21,298 nt of DNA. Origin: Fonticula alba ATCC 38817. Lineage: Eukaryota; Protista; Nucleariida. Within the stretch, counting starts at the first letter, position 1. Each line of letters begins with the position of its first letter. Both the position numbers and the translations under genes were made by a program. The notes under the pieces were generated by a model. That model worked only from the letters and a program-made list of their open reading frames with translations, did no database searches and had not been told where the DNA came from. Shown in pieces: positions 1 through 10,475 of this stretch. Where the stretch lies: the NCBI GenBank assembly GCA_000388065.2, contig KB932202.1; one strand, written 5' to 3'.

Positions 1-132
1 GGGGGGGGGGGGGGGCGGGCCATGCCGACCGAAGGGCGGGAAAGAGGGAGAGGGGCTGGGTGGGGGTGAAGAAGGCTCGTCTCTGACTTTCACGCGCACG
101 CACGCATGCACGCATGCACAACTGCCGCCTGC

Positions 133-3100
133 TCAGAGGGCGCTGTGCTCCGGCGGGACGTACGAGGGGTTCTTCTTCAGAAGGATGATGCCCTCCAGCA
201 GGGAGGACACCGGGATGTACTCCTCGGAGGCCAGCTCGGCCCGCTCGCCGGACGCCACCAGGACCGGGGTCTTGTGAGTCTGGAAGCCGGCGATGGCCTT
301 CGGCCGGCCGGCCTGAGCCACGGTGTCCACGGCCTGGCCGACGCGCACCGGGACCTCCAGCGGTGAAAGCGACTCCGCATCGAGGGTGATGAGCATGCGC
401 GGGCGCATGGCCAGCGACAGCATCATCAGCAGGTGGGGGTACTTGCCGAAAATAGCTGGCGAGGGGGACAAGTGCGCACACAGACAGACACACACACCCA
501 GGGGCAGGAGGGAAGCGACAGGGAGAAGAGGAGGGTCAGGAGACGGGAAGAAGGACACCCAGATCCGGGATTGCATAAACCAGGGCATGTGTGGGTGTGG
601 GCGGGAGAGGGACAAGCGAAGGAGGGCACGACCAAAAAAAAAAGAGGAGCAACGAGGGAAGGAGGTTCTCCCCTTCGCCGCCGGCTCTTCCGCAGAAAAA
701 AGAAGAAAAAAACACGCACTGTTATCGGGCTGGTTGACGGCCAGCAGCGCGGTCATCAGACCACCGACCGCCGCCGGGGAGAGGATCGACCCACCGCCGC
801 TGCCACCACCATGACGCATCATCACCGGGCAGATGGTGATCAGGCCCTTGCCCATGTGCAGGAGACCCTGGGCAATGCGTACGCACTGGACCCCGGTGCT
901 CGGGCTCTGGTAGTACCCCACCAGCTGGCGGAGGATCTGCGCAATACGGGCATTGTTGGTCCCGGCGCCGATCATCCCCAGGGAGAAGGTGGCCGCATAC
1001 CCGACGGACAGGTCATCATCGTGCGAGTAGCGCGACAGCGACTCGATGACGGCGATGTCCCGCGGGTCCGACGCGTGGATGAGCGAAATGGCCAGCGGCA
1101 CGGCACGACGCGCATCCGGCGACCCGTACTGCATGATGTGCCCGAACATGCGCAGGGACATCTCCACGCCGATGCGCTCGCCCATGGCAATCAGACCGAT
1201 GGCCAAAGTGGCGAAGGCCTGGTGCGGGTGCGACGGGGCCTCGGCATCATCATCGCCATCGCCATCGCTGCCCTGGGCATCGGCCGCGGCGGCCGCCGGG
1301 TCGATCCCCCGGGTCAGCGACTGGAAGTCCAGCAGGAACTTGCGTGTCGAGTCGCCGGCAGGCGCCTCGTCATTGAGCTCCAGCTCCTCATCCAGCAGCT
1401 CGCCAAACAGCTTGCGCTCCCGGGGCTGGACATTCCGGCTGTTGGAGACGGCCTGCTGCAAGCGGGCCGTGATGGAGGCCGGCTCCTCCGAGCCGGCATC
1501 CTCCTCATCGGAGTCCGGCACATCGGTCACCTGGGCACCGGCAGCGGTGCTCTTGGCCGGAGTGGTGGACTCGGCACCGGCGGCAGCCTCGGTGGCCGCG
1601 GCCATGGCCGCCTCCTCGGCCTCCTCGGCCTCCTCGGCCTCGGCGGTGGCCGCAGCAGCGGCCCCCTCCTTGGGAGCCGGGGTCAGAGGCTCGGTCAGCA
1701 TGTGCAGAAGCTGCTGGATTTGCAAGACATTGCCCGTGCCGGCGTACGCGCATCCCGGCACCAGGGCCTGGATCATGCGCATGAGCTCCTTATCGCTGAG
1801 GGCCTTGGCCACCTCGATGATGCTACGGGCCTTCTCCTGCTGGCCAAGCAGCAGCAACGCCAGACCCAGCACCAGGAAGTGCGAGCACGGGTCCGAGGAG
1901 AGGGCAGCACCGCCGGGGGCCGCGGCCGTCGGGCCGGTGCACGCGGAAGCCTGCTGGTCGCGGCAGATCAGCGCATCCAGGAAGGCAGCGATGGACTCGC
2001 CATCGGCCGTGCCGGCCTGCACGAGACCCAGAGCCAGGCCGGCGAAGCAGCACAAATCGAAGGGCTGCGACGGGTCGGCCAGGATGTTGCACAGGAGGTC
2101 GGCCACATCCGGCCGCCCGGAGCCGGAATACGCCATGCCCAGGGCCAGGACCGCCGACCGGACCACCTGCGGGTCATCGCTCTCCAGATAGCCACTCAGC
2201 ATCAGGAAAAGGATGTCCATCTGGTGGCGGACATTGGAGCTAACCAGCCCCAGGCCAAAGACCGCGCCCTCGGACATGTCACCGGTCAGCAGCGGATCCA
2301 GCAGGGCCACACCGGCATCGATGTCCCACATGGACAGCATGCCGAGCGCCGCGGCGACAATGGTCCGCGCGGCCGGCTGGTTGCCCAGGTGCAGGTTGTT
2401 GTAGGGCAGGGTGCGGGCCCCGCGCGGGGTGACCCCCAGCGACAGGTCGCTCAGGTCCTGGCCGACCAGATACCGGTCGCTCTGGAAGCCGGCATTGACG
2501 AAGGCCGACACAAAGGCATTCACCACGGTCGGGACATTGGCCGTGGAGGAGGCCCGCTGCTGCGTCTCCAGGTGGACCTTGAAAATGTCCTCCGGGCTCT
2601 TGGCCTCCAGGACCTCGAGCTCCTGGGCCAACTTCAGGAAGTGCTTGGTCTGGTGGCTGTTGTTCAGGCTGTCGGTGAGCTCCTGCAGCTCGGCCTCATC
2701 GACCATGGCAGCCAGGCCGGCCTCCACGCCGGCCGTGCCGCACGGCAGCTCCGACAGGACGTCCACCTGCATGCTGCCCAGCATGAGGGCCATCTGCCGG
2801 CGAGTGGACTGGTCGGCGGACGCATCGAGGAAGGTCTTGCGCACGAGCAGCGGGTCCTGCAGGCGCACCGCCACCACCAGCGCATCGCACAGGCGCCCCT
2901 GCGACATGAAGATGGTGTAGACCGAGCGAAGGACCATGCTGTCCTCGGGGTCGGGGAGGTAGTCGACGCAGCTATTCCAAACGGACGGCGAGGAGGACGG
3001 GGGGGAGGGGGAGGGCGGGGAGGGCGGGGAGGCCGGGGAGGGTGGGGAGGGCGGGGAGGGTGAGGAGGGCGGGGAGGGTGAGGAGGGCGAGGAGAGAAGT

Positions 3101-4674
3101 CGAGATGGAGCCAATTGCTGGCGAGTCAGCCAAGCTGAGGGAAGTGGTAGGAGAACACTGGCAGGGAGGGAGGGGGAGGGGAAGGGGGGGGGGGGGGCAG
3201 CCGAGTGGAAGCCCGCAACCAGGCACCCACACACGGGACAGGGCGTCTGTATGGGCATCAGAGCACCCGAACCAGACTGGCAAGTGCATGCGAACGCACC
3301 TGATCAGGTAGTTGCAGACCCGGTCGCAGTTGATCCGGTCCACGAAGGGCTCGAGCAGCTCCAGCGACTCGAGCTCCATCAGCAGGTCACAGGCGTCCAC
3401 CTCGGCATTGTGCGACATGCAGTAGGGAACAATGTCGCGTGCCAACTTCAGCAGGTCCTCGGCCTCGACCTTGAGGTTGCCCTCGACGTCCATCTGGTCG
3501 AAGCCATCGTCCTCCGTGGCCTCACCGTGGAGCTGGTCGAAGCGATGGGTGTACTCGTCGATGATCTCGTTCATCAGGAAGCTGGAGCGGTGGTGGCGGT
3601 AGCGGTGGCGGTGGCGGTGGTGGAGGGCAAAGGAACGGGCGAAGGGAGCAGGGAGAAGGTCAGGGTGGCAGAAGGTAGGGGAGAGAGGCGTGAGTGGTCT
3701 TGGGGCTTTGGCACGCACCGAATGTACTCGTGACCCCACTCGGCCAGGGCCTTGCCGGTGGCATCACCGACGGTGCCCTCCAGGCGATAGTGCAGCACCA
3801 GACGCGCCTCCGGCTCGCCGGAGATCATGGACACGAAGGACAGGATATCGGCAAAGTCCACCTGATGCCATGAGCAAGGACGGGTTAGTGAGGGGGGGGA
3901 GGGAGGGAGGGAGGGGGGGGGGGAGGGAACGAGCGGCCATGGACGAGGGCAAAGGCGGCACCCAGAGGGTGGGAGCGAGGGCGGAGAGGAACGGAGAGGA
4001 GGGCGGGGGGGGCAGGTGAAACGACGCACGCCGAGGCCGACAGCCCAGCACGACTTGGTCAGGCTGGAGCTCCCGAGCGCGTCGGCCGACTTCCAGGTCT
4101 TGTAGACCTGGGTCAGGCCAGTGTAGAACTTGAGGAGAAACTTGAGGGGGTTCGAGCCGGCACTGACGGAGGACCCGCTGGTCGCCGAAGACCCGGCCGC
4201 CGTGGTGGGCGCATCAGACTTCTTGCCGGCCTTGCCGGAGCCGGCCTTGGTGGAGGAGGTGAGCTCCGTGTGGGAGGACCGCGAGCAGAGCAACTCACGC
4301 AGGCGCTTCACGGCCACGGTGACCGCCTGGAGATCAACCGACTCCGGGGCCGGCTCCTCGGGCTCAAAGTCCTCGACTGCCTCGAGGGCACCGTCGACGG
4401 ACTTCAGCAGGACCATAACCTGCCGCTCGACGTCAAGGCGCAGAAGGCGATCCTCCTCGGCAGGGGACTGTGTGCGTGTGAGATGGCGGCAAGGTGATGT
4501 CAGTCGGGCTCTGGGGGGGGGGGGGCGGGGGCGGGGGCGGGGGCGGGGGGCGGGGGCGTGGGGACGCGGCTGCCGAGAACGCACCAGCTTGGAGGAGGTA
4601 GGCCCCTTGAGGATGGAGGAGCGGGAGGGAGCGACACCCTTGGACGGGGCGGGGGCGGGCTTCGCAGTAGCCAT
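133..4674 (-). CDS. RPN1: 26S proteasome regulatory subunit RPN1/PSMD2, 6 exons, about 1175 aa
   Basis: Exons (minus): 4674-4585, 4467-4030, 3861-3719, 3581-3300, 2971-720, 455-133. Total 3528 nt, in frame, ending in TGA. All five donors are GTGCGT; acceptors are CAG/TAG with CTRAC-type branch sites visible in introns 1-3. The spliced protein has Rpn1 motifs: PLKFL, DFADILS, EWGHEYIR, HNAEVDACDLLMELE, SCVDYLPDPED, PC-repeat helices, YAGTGNVLQIQQLL, IGLIAMGERIGVEMSLRMFGH, GTNNARIAQILRQL, VRIAQGLLHMGKG, PVRVGQAVDTVAQAGRPKAIAGFQTHKTPVL, GERAELA. The exon 2 donor (4029) is the least certain boundary. Confidence 0.96.
2997..3091. repeat. Degenerate 9-bp G-rich minisatellite (GAGGGCGGG variants, about 9 copies) in RPN1 intron 4
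   Basis: Read directly at 3011-3091: gagggcggg gagggcggg gaggccggg gagggtggg gagggcggg gagggtgag gagggcggg gagggtgag gagggcgag, preceded by a G-rich run. Confidence 0.85.
4513..4557. repeat. G13 run plus (GGGGGC)n in RPN1 intron 1
   Basis: Read directly: a G run followed by five GGGGG(G)C units. Confidence 0.9.
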
Positions 4675-4685
4675 GATTGGACTCG

Positions 4686-4899
4686 CTTAGATGGAGGGCA
4701 AAAAAAAAGCGAGAGGGCGGGTGAGGGGGGAGGGGGGGGGAGGGATGGAGGAGGCTGTTCGCTTCCGCCAGTGCGACCGGGGCCGAAGAGTGGGAGAGAA
4801 GGGGGAAGGGGGATCTGGCAGGGGGAAAGGAGGGAGCCGGGGGGGGGAGAAGGGAGGAGGAGGTGGGGAGGGGGAGGTCGATGGGCGATGGCATCTCAC
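4686..4899 (-). other. Probable 5'-UTR intron of RPN1
   Basis: Minus strand has donor GTGAGA at 4899, a C/T-rich body, a CTCAC branch-like site, a T-run and acceptor CTAAG ending at 4686, 11 nt before the ATG at 4674. Confidence 0.5.
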
Positions 4900-5337
4900 G
4901 GTCGCCGGCGCCCTCCGGCCAGTGGCCTGCCGCCACTTGAATGTTCCCAGGGGCGGCTGCCCCTCCCCCCTCCCCCGGATGGGTGACAGGACTCTCTACA
5001 TATGTCCCCGGACGGCCCCCTCGGCGCTCGTTATCGCCGGTCGAGGGCGCCCGGAAAGGGCCCAGCGGCCGGGGGCCCAATGATGGAGACACACGCCTCT
5101 CCGGCTCGGGATGCCAACGAGAGACCGGCAGCTGGGTGGACACTGACCTTCCCCAGACAGGCAGCCTGTTGTGCCCCCCTGCTGCCTTGCGGCTCGTTTC
5201 TCCGTCCAGGGATGTGTATGGGCTACTCTCTCAGTGAGTCCAGTCGCGCGCACGCACGCACACACACACACACCGGGGCCGGAGCCCGACGGGACTTCCA
5301 GAAAGCCCTGATCCGGGTGGGCGGCACGGAAGGCGGG

Positions 5338-5364
5338 GGCAGGCAGGCAGGCAGGCAGGCAGGC
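5338..5364. repeat. (GGCA)6 microsatellite
   Basis: Six tandem GGCA units, read directly. Confidence 0.9.
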
Positions 5365-5508
5365 GGCCTGGCATGCAAACGGGTGGGGCCGGGAGACATG
5401 TCCTTCGGCCCAGGCCGACAAATATGGACCCCGGCGTGATCGCCGAGCCAGCCCGCAAAAAGGGTGGGCCCCTCTGCCCCCGTCCCCGTCCTGCCCCGCC
5501 TGGCCGCT

Positions 5509-5583
5509 CACACGCACACGCACACGCACACGCACACGCACACGCACACGCACACACACACACACACACACACAGACACACAC
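5509..5583. repeat. Compound (CACACG)7-(CA)n microsatellite
   Basis: Seven CACACG units at 5509-5550, followed by a CA repeat to about 5583. Confidence 0.9.
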
Positions 5584-6343
5584 TCCCCGGGAGGGTCAGC
5601 CGGCGGGGAACTGTCATCCACCGCGAATCGGGGTTAAGGACCTGGTCGACTTGCAGCCTCGCGCCCGGGCAAAGTCCCCTCATATCAAGTCTCCCCTGAG
5701 GGCGGGCAAAGGAACACAGCCCCGAGACCGGCAGCTAGACTCTAGGTGCACCCTTGAAGAGCCAACGGGGCGGGCCTCTTGCCCCCGGCTGGAACAGCTG
5801 CAGGCATGCACACCAAGCACATGTCAAAGAGAACGTCCCCGCCGGCTGGCGCCGCGGAAACGGCGAGGCTCGCGAAAGCCCCCGGCGCCCGAGAGAGTCG
5901 CGCCCCCCCCCCCCCCCCCCAAGCGCCCTGGCGCACACACGAGTGTGGGACATCCTGTAGCCCCCCGGGGGAGGGGGGGTGAGGGGCTTTAATTCGCCGT
6001 ATTACATCGGCAACCGCGCCCCCCCCGCCCCCTCCCCAGCGCGGGGTCCAGTTTAATAGTTACGCCATCATGCCTGGGCCTCGCTCCCGGGCCGGGGAAA
6101 CACGGGCGGCGTGTTGCGTCGGCGCCGATGGTCCCACCATTGCCCCTCGGCCAAGGACACATTCGCATGCACACGCCGAACCATCCAGAAAGCGTGCATT
6201 TCCCTCTCTTTGTCTCGAGCCTCGCTTCGGGCCCTGCCTCCCGTGGAACATCACTTCATGCTCCGTCCTCCGGTCTTGGTCACTCGCCCCTCCCGCCCCC
6301 CCCCGCCCCTCCCCTGCTCTCCCCTCCCCTGAAAGAGGGAGAG

Positions 6344-6683
6344 NNNNNNNNNNNNNNNNNNNNNNNNNNNNNNNNNNNNNNNNNNNNNNNNNNNNNNNNN
6401 NNNNNNNNNNNNNNNNNNNNNNNNNNNNNNNNNNNNNNNNNNNNNNNNNNNNNNNNNNNNNNNNNNNNNNNNNNNNNNNNNNNNNNNNNNNNNNNNNNNN
6501 NNNNNNNNNNNNNNNNNNNNNNNNNNNNNNNNNNNNNNNNNNNNNNNNNNNNNNNNNNNNNNNNNNNNNNNNNNNNNNNNNNNNNNNNNNNNNNNNNNNN
6601 NNNNNNNNNNNNNNNNNNNNNNNNNNNNNNNNNNNNNNNNNNNNNNNNNNNNNNNNNNNNNNNNNNNNNNNNNNNNNNNNNNN
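6344..6683. other. Assembly gap (340 N)
   Basis: Run of N immediately upstream of the TatD gene. Confidence 1.
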
Positions 6684-6761
6684 CCCACATCCACGAGCAC
6701 CCCCGCCCCCCCCCCCCCCTCCTCCTGTCTTACCTTGCCCTGGCTACCCGGCACAGGATCA

Positions 6762-9176
6762 ATGTTTGGTGCCCTCCTGCGCTCCCCCCTCGCCGCTCTT
6801 CCCCTGCAGCACACTCCTGCTCCCGTCCGCCTGGCCGCCACCGCCGCCGCCGTCTCCGCCGTTCGCCAGAAGAGCACCCAGGTCCCGGAGCCCGCAACCA
6901 AGAAGCGTCGCTCCAAGAAGTCTCTCCTTCCGGAGGCGGTCTCCACCACCCCCATCACCTACCTCTTCAGCAGCAACCAGGGATCCTCGTCGCTGGTCTC
7001 GTCTGGACGCGTGGCTACTACCTCGAAGACCCGCAAGGAGCGCCAGCCGATTTTCCCTGCGCCCCTCGCCGCCGGCCAACAGCAGCAGCCCACCAATACC
7101 GCCCCTGGCTCGGTCCCCTGGTTCATTAATCCCGCAGCCTCAATGACCACCCCCCGCGGCGCGAACAACAATCCCGCCAAGCCCAGCGACAAGGGCCATC
7201 CCGCTGGTGCCGAGGTGCCCTTCCCCCCGGCCAAGCCGGGGGTGGATTTTGTCGGTATGACCCCTGTACACAACTATTCCCCCCCCCCCCCCCCTTTCTT
7301 TTCCAAGCTGACACGCGCGCACGTCAACACGCCCAGACATCGGTGTCAACCTCTGTGACCCGATGTTCCGCGGCCTCTATCGCGATCGGCCCTATCACCA
7401 GGACGATTTGGCCCAGGTGCTGGAACGAGGCTGGGCGTCTGGTGTCCGACGCATGATCTCCACCTCAGGTCGGTGGTCCGAGCTGATTGAGTCCCTGCGT
7501 CTCTGCCAGGATGACGGTATGTCTCCTTCCTTTCCGCCCTCCACATCTAGAGGAACGCCAGGCTGGCGGGGGCGGGGGGGGGGGGGGGGGAGGGGGGATG
7601 TGACATCCCGCGCGAGGCGCTGTGGAGTCATCTAGTCAGGCCGCGATCCGTGGAAATCCTCTGCGACTAATGGACAATGCAATTCCCAAAAGCCCGACTT
7701 GTCACGACGGCTGGTGTGCATCCTACCCGCACGTCCGAGATGCTGGAGCCAGCCCTGGACCGCTTGGCCGCGGAGCCGCTGAATATGCATGGCATCTTCC
7801 CTGGCCCCTATCAGCCCGAGGCGCTGGAGGCATTCGCCAATCTGGACACGTACAGCGAAGCCGATCGGGTGGATCAATACATCAAGGCCCTCAGGGCCAT
7901 CCTCAAGGAGGACGCCCGTCAGGCGGCTGTCCGGCCGAATGGCTCGCGCAAGATCGTCGCGATTGGCGAGTGTGGTCTCGGTACATCTTCTCGCCCGTGC
8001 ACATTCATCTGCCCGCCCCCTCCGCCACATCCGCCCCGGTGCCTGCGACAGTTGGCTTACGCTGCCCTAACTGCTGCCCTCTCTCTGTTCATCTGCTGCT
8101 TTGGCAGACTATGATCGCCTGGAGTTCACCCCGAAGGATGTCCAGATCAAGTGCGTGTGCCAGTCCCCGGGGGCGGNNNNNNNNNNNNNNNNNNNNNNNN
8201 NNNNNNNNNNNNNNNNNNNNNNNNNNNNNNNNNNNNNNNNNNNNNNNNNNNNNNNNNNNNNNNNNNNNNNNNNNNNNNNNNNNNNNNNNNNNNNNNNNNN
8301 NNNNNNGGGGGGGGGATCGGACCTTTCATTGAAATGGGCTCAGATACAGATGCTGACAGCTGGCTGCTCTGCCCTGCGCGAGTGTAGGATGTTCAAACGC
8401 CACTTCCAGCTGGCCGACAGCACCGGGCTGCCGATGTTCCTGCACAACCGCAACACCGGCTCGGACTTTTACGACCTCGTGCGCAAGTATCGGAAGCAGA
8501 TTCGCGGCGGCGCTGTGGTGCACTCCTTCACCGGGACCCACGAAGAGCTGCAGATGGCTCTGGAGCTGGACCTCTTCGTGGGCATCAATGGCTGGTACGT
8601 GTGTGGCCTTGCCTTGCGCGATTTGTGTGCCTCTCCTCTTTTTCTTTTTCTTTTTTTTTTTGCATCCCTCTCCCCTCGCCTGCCCATGTCTTACCTGATG
8701 TTGGGGAAACACGCGCACACGCACACATCCACAGCTCCCTCAAGACTCAGGAGAACCTGGATGTGGTGAAGGCCATCCCGGTGGAGCGACTTCTCCTGGA
8801 AACCGATGGTCCCTGGTGCACCATTCGGCCATCGCATGCCGGGCATGGCTTCCTGCGGACCAAGTACCCGGAGTCTCGGCGCGACCGGCACAAGTCGCAC
8901 ACCCTGGTCAAGGATCGCGCCGAGCCGTGCCACATGAACTCGGTGCTGGAAGTAGTGACGGCGGTCCGGTATCCGGGCGGCCCGGCTGCCTTCGCCGCGC
9001 TGTCGGATGCCGAGAAGGATCTGGCCGAGCGCCGCCTGGCTGAGCGGGTGTACCGGAACTCGCTGCAGCTCTTCTTCCCGGAGGAGTATGCCCGGCTGCG
9101 GGCCGAGGAGGAGAAGCTGTCCACCGAGGGCATCGAGGGCCAGGTGACCGTGATCTCCATCGAGGACAGTGCCTGA
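6762..9176 (+). CDS. TATDN1: TatD-family nuclease, eukaryotic TATDN1 type, with an N-terminal extension of about 160 aa; 6 exons, about 550 aa
   Basis: Exons: 6762-7254, 7337-7516, 7693-7980, 8108-8150, 8388-8594, 8735-9176. Total 1653 nt, in frame. Donors GTATGA, GTATGT, GTACAT, GTGCGT, GTACGT. Spliced motifs: DIGVNLCDPMFRGLY, TTAGVHPTR, VAIGECGLDYDRLEF, LPMFLHNRN, VVHSFTG, VGINGCSLKT, LLLETDGPWC, RAEPCHM. The E, H, H and ETD catalytic positions of TATDN1 are present. The start is uncertain because a CAG acceptor-like site lies 5 nt before the ATG and a gap is just upstream. Confidence 0.93.
8177..8306. other. Assembly gap (130 N) inside TatD intron 4
   Basis: N run flanked by G-rich sequence. 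The flanking exons join in frame (AA|G, giving IK-MFKRHF), so no coding exon needs to lie in the gap. Confidence 1.
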
Positions 9177-9928
9177 GACGCGCGCGAGCGCGCGTGTGCT
9201 CCGCCGCCCAGGCTGCTGGGCGGAGGGGGGGGGGGGCGAGGCACCAACGCATGGGAGCCGCATGTGCGTCCCCCTCCCACTCGATGGCCTGGGTGGTGTC
9301 CGGCGTGTATATCCGTCGGCACCCTAAGAATAGACCCTAGACTCCGGTAGCAGATACCCCTGCTTGCACCCGCCAGGCCGCCGGAAAGTCAAACTTGAGT
9401 ATGGGCCCGTGCGTGAAATCCCGACAAATTGGAGGATAAATAAAGATGAAAAACATGTTGGTGGCAGCAAAGCAGGCCAAGCGAAAGCGCCGGCACTTCC
9501 TCGCTCGAGCCTGATGGCGCGAAGACACCCGCGTTGGATTTTCCGCAGCAAACGTTGCACCCACCTTCAGGGTGGGCAGGGGGAAGGGGGGTGGGGGGGG
9601 GGGCGGAGGGACCGTGGATATTCGTGATGTCATGGGCTCTCCACCCATGGGCGGCCGCTTGTCATGGGAATCTCTTTCCCCCTCCCGCAACTTTGGTTGG
9701 AGCTCGTAACGTCCCGAGTGCGGGCACCGGGGGGGGGGGGGGCGTGTGTCTTCCGTCGGTGGTGTGCCCTTTGCCTGCTGTCCGCGTTCGCACTGTATCC
9801 CTGTGTGGACGTTGGCGCACAGCTTTTCGGCTCGGCGGGCTCCGCTCGCGCTGCGGTATGGGGGTCTCTGCCGCGAGTGCCGTGGGTGGTGCGAGAGGCC
9901 ACGGTGCGGCAGAGGGCATGTATGGGTT

Positions 9929-9950
9929 TGTGTGTGTGTGTGTGTGTGTG
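9929..9950. repeat. (TG)11 microsatellite
   Basis: Read directly. Confidence 0.9.
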
Positions 9951-10294
9951 CGGCCGAGCTGGCGGGTGCGTCCGGGTGCGGAGAGGATGCGATGACTGTT
10001 GGCATGTGCTTGGCCCTTTGGAGGGGTGGCAGCCCGGCCCATGCATGCTGGCCTCCACACGGCCGGCTGCCTCGGCCCCGCGCGCCCCCTGCATCGGGCT
10101 GGAGCCGGCAAGGGGGGGGGGGGGGGGGTAGGGAGTCTCTTACTCGGGGCGGGGAGCGAGGGGGGGGGGTAGTGCCGTTCGCTCCACCATTCGCCCGGTC
10201 CCCGCACAGAGGGCGAGGGCCGTTTCCCCGGAGGGGGGGCGAGGGGTGGGCAAGTAGTGCCCAACTCCCCCTGCCCCCCTCGCCCGCCACCCGC

Positions 10295-10322
<28 letters not shown>
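10295..10322. repeat. (TG)14 microsatellite upstream of RPL37
   Basis: Read directly. Confidence 0.9.
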
Positions 10323-10327
<5 letters not shown>

Positions 10328-10475
10328 CGTGCGTGTGTGGGACGGAGCATGTGCACAACATGCAGCGGCCTATTTTTCGGACTCCCCCCACTCACACTAC
10401 CCCAACTCCCCGTCCTACTCCCTCCGTTTAGATTGTTTTTTTTGCATCTTTTCGCATCCGGAGAATTAAGTCAAG

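Noticed and set aside
433-3063. 876-aa plus-strand ORF, and 1046-2191
   Set aside because: Antisense shadows of RPN1 exon 5. GC-rich codon usage suppresses stops on the opposite strand, and no family motifs are present.
6070-7146. Long ORFs spanning N gaps (also 8101-8769 and several at 19.7-20.9 kb)
   Set aside because: Their length is an artefact of translating through Ns.
9447-9515. Short basic plus-strand ORF MKNMLVAAKQAKRKRRHFLARA as an RPL41-like peptide
   Set aside because: It lacks the eL41 signature (MRAKWRKKRMRRLKRKRR), and there is no other support.
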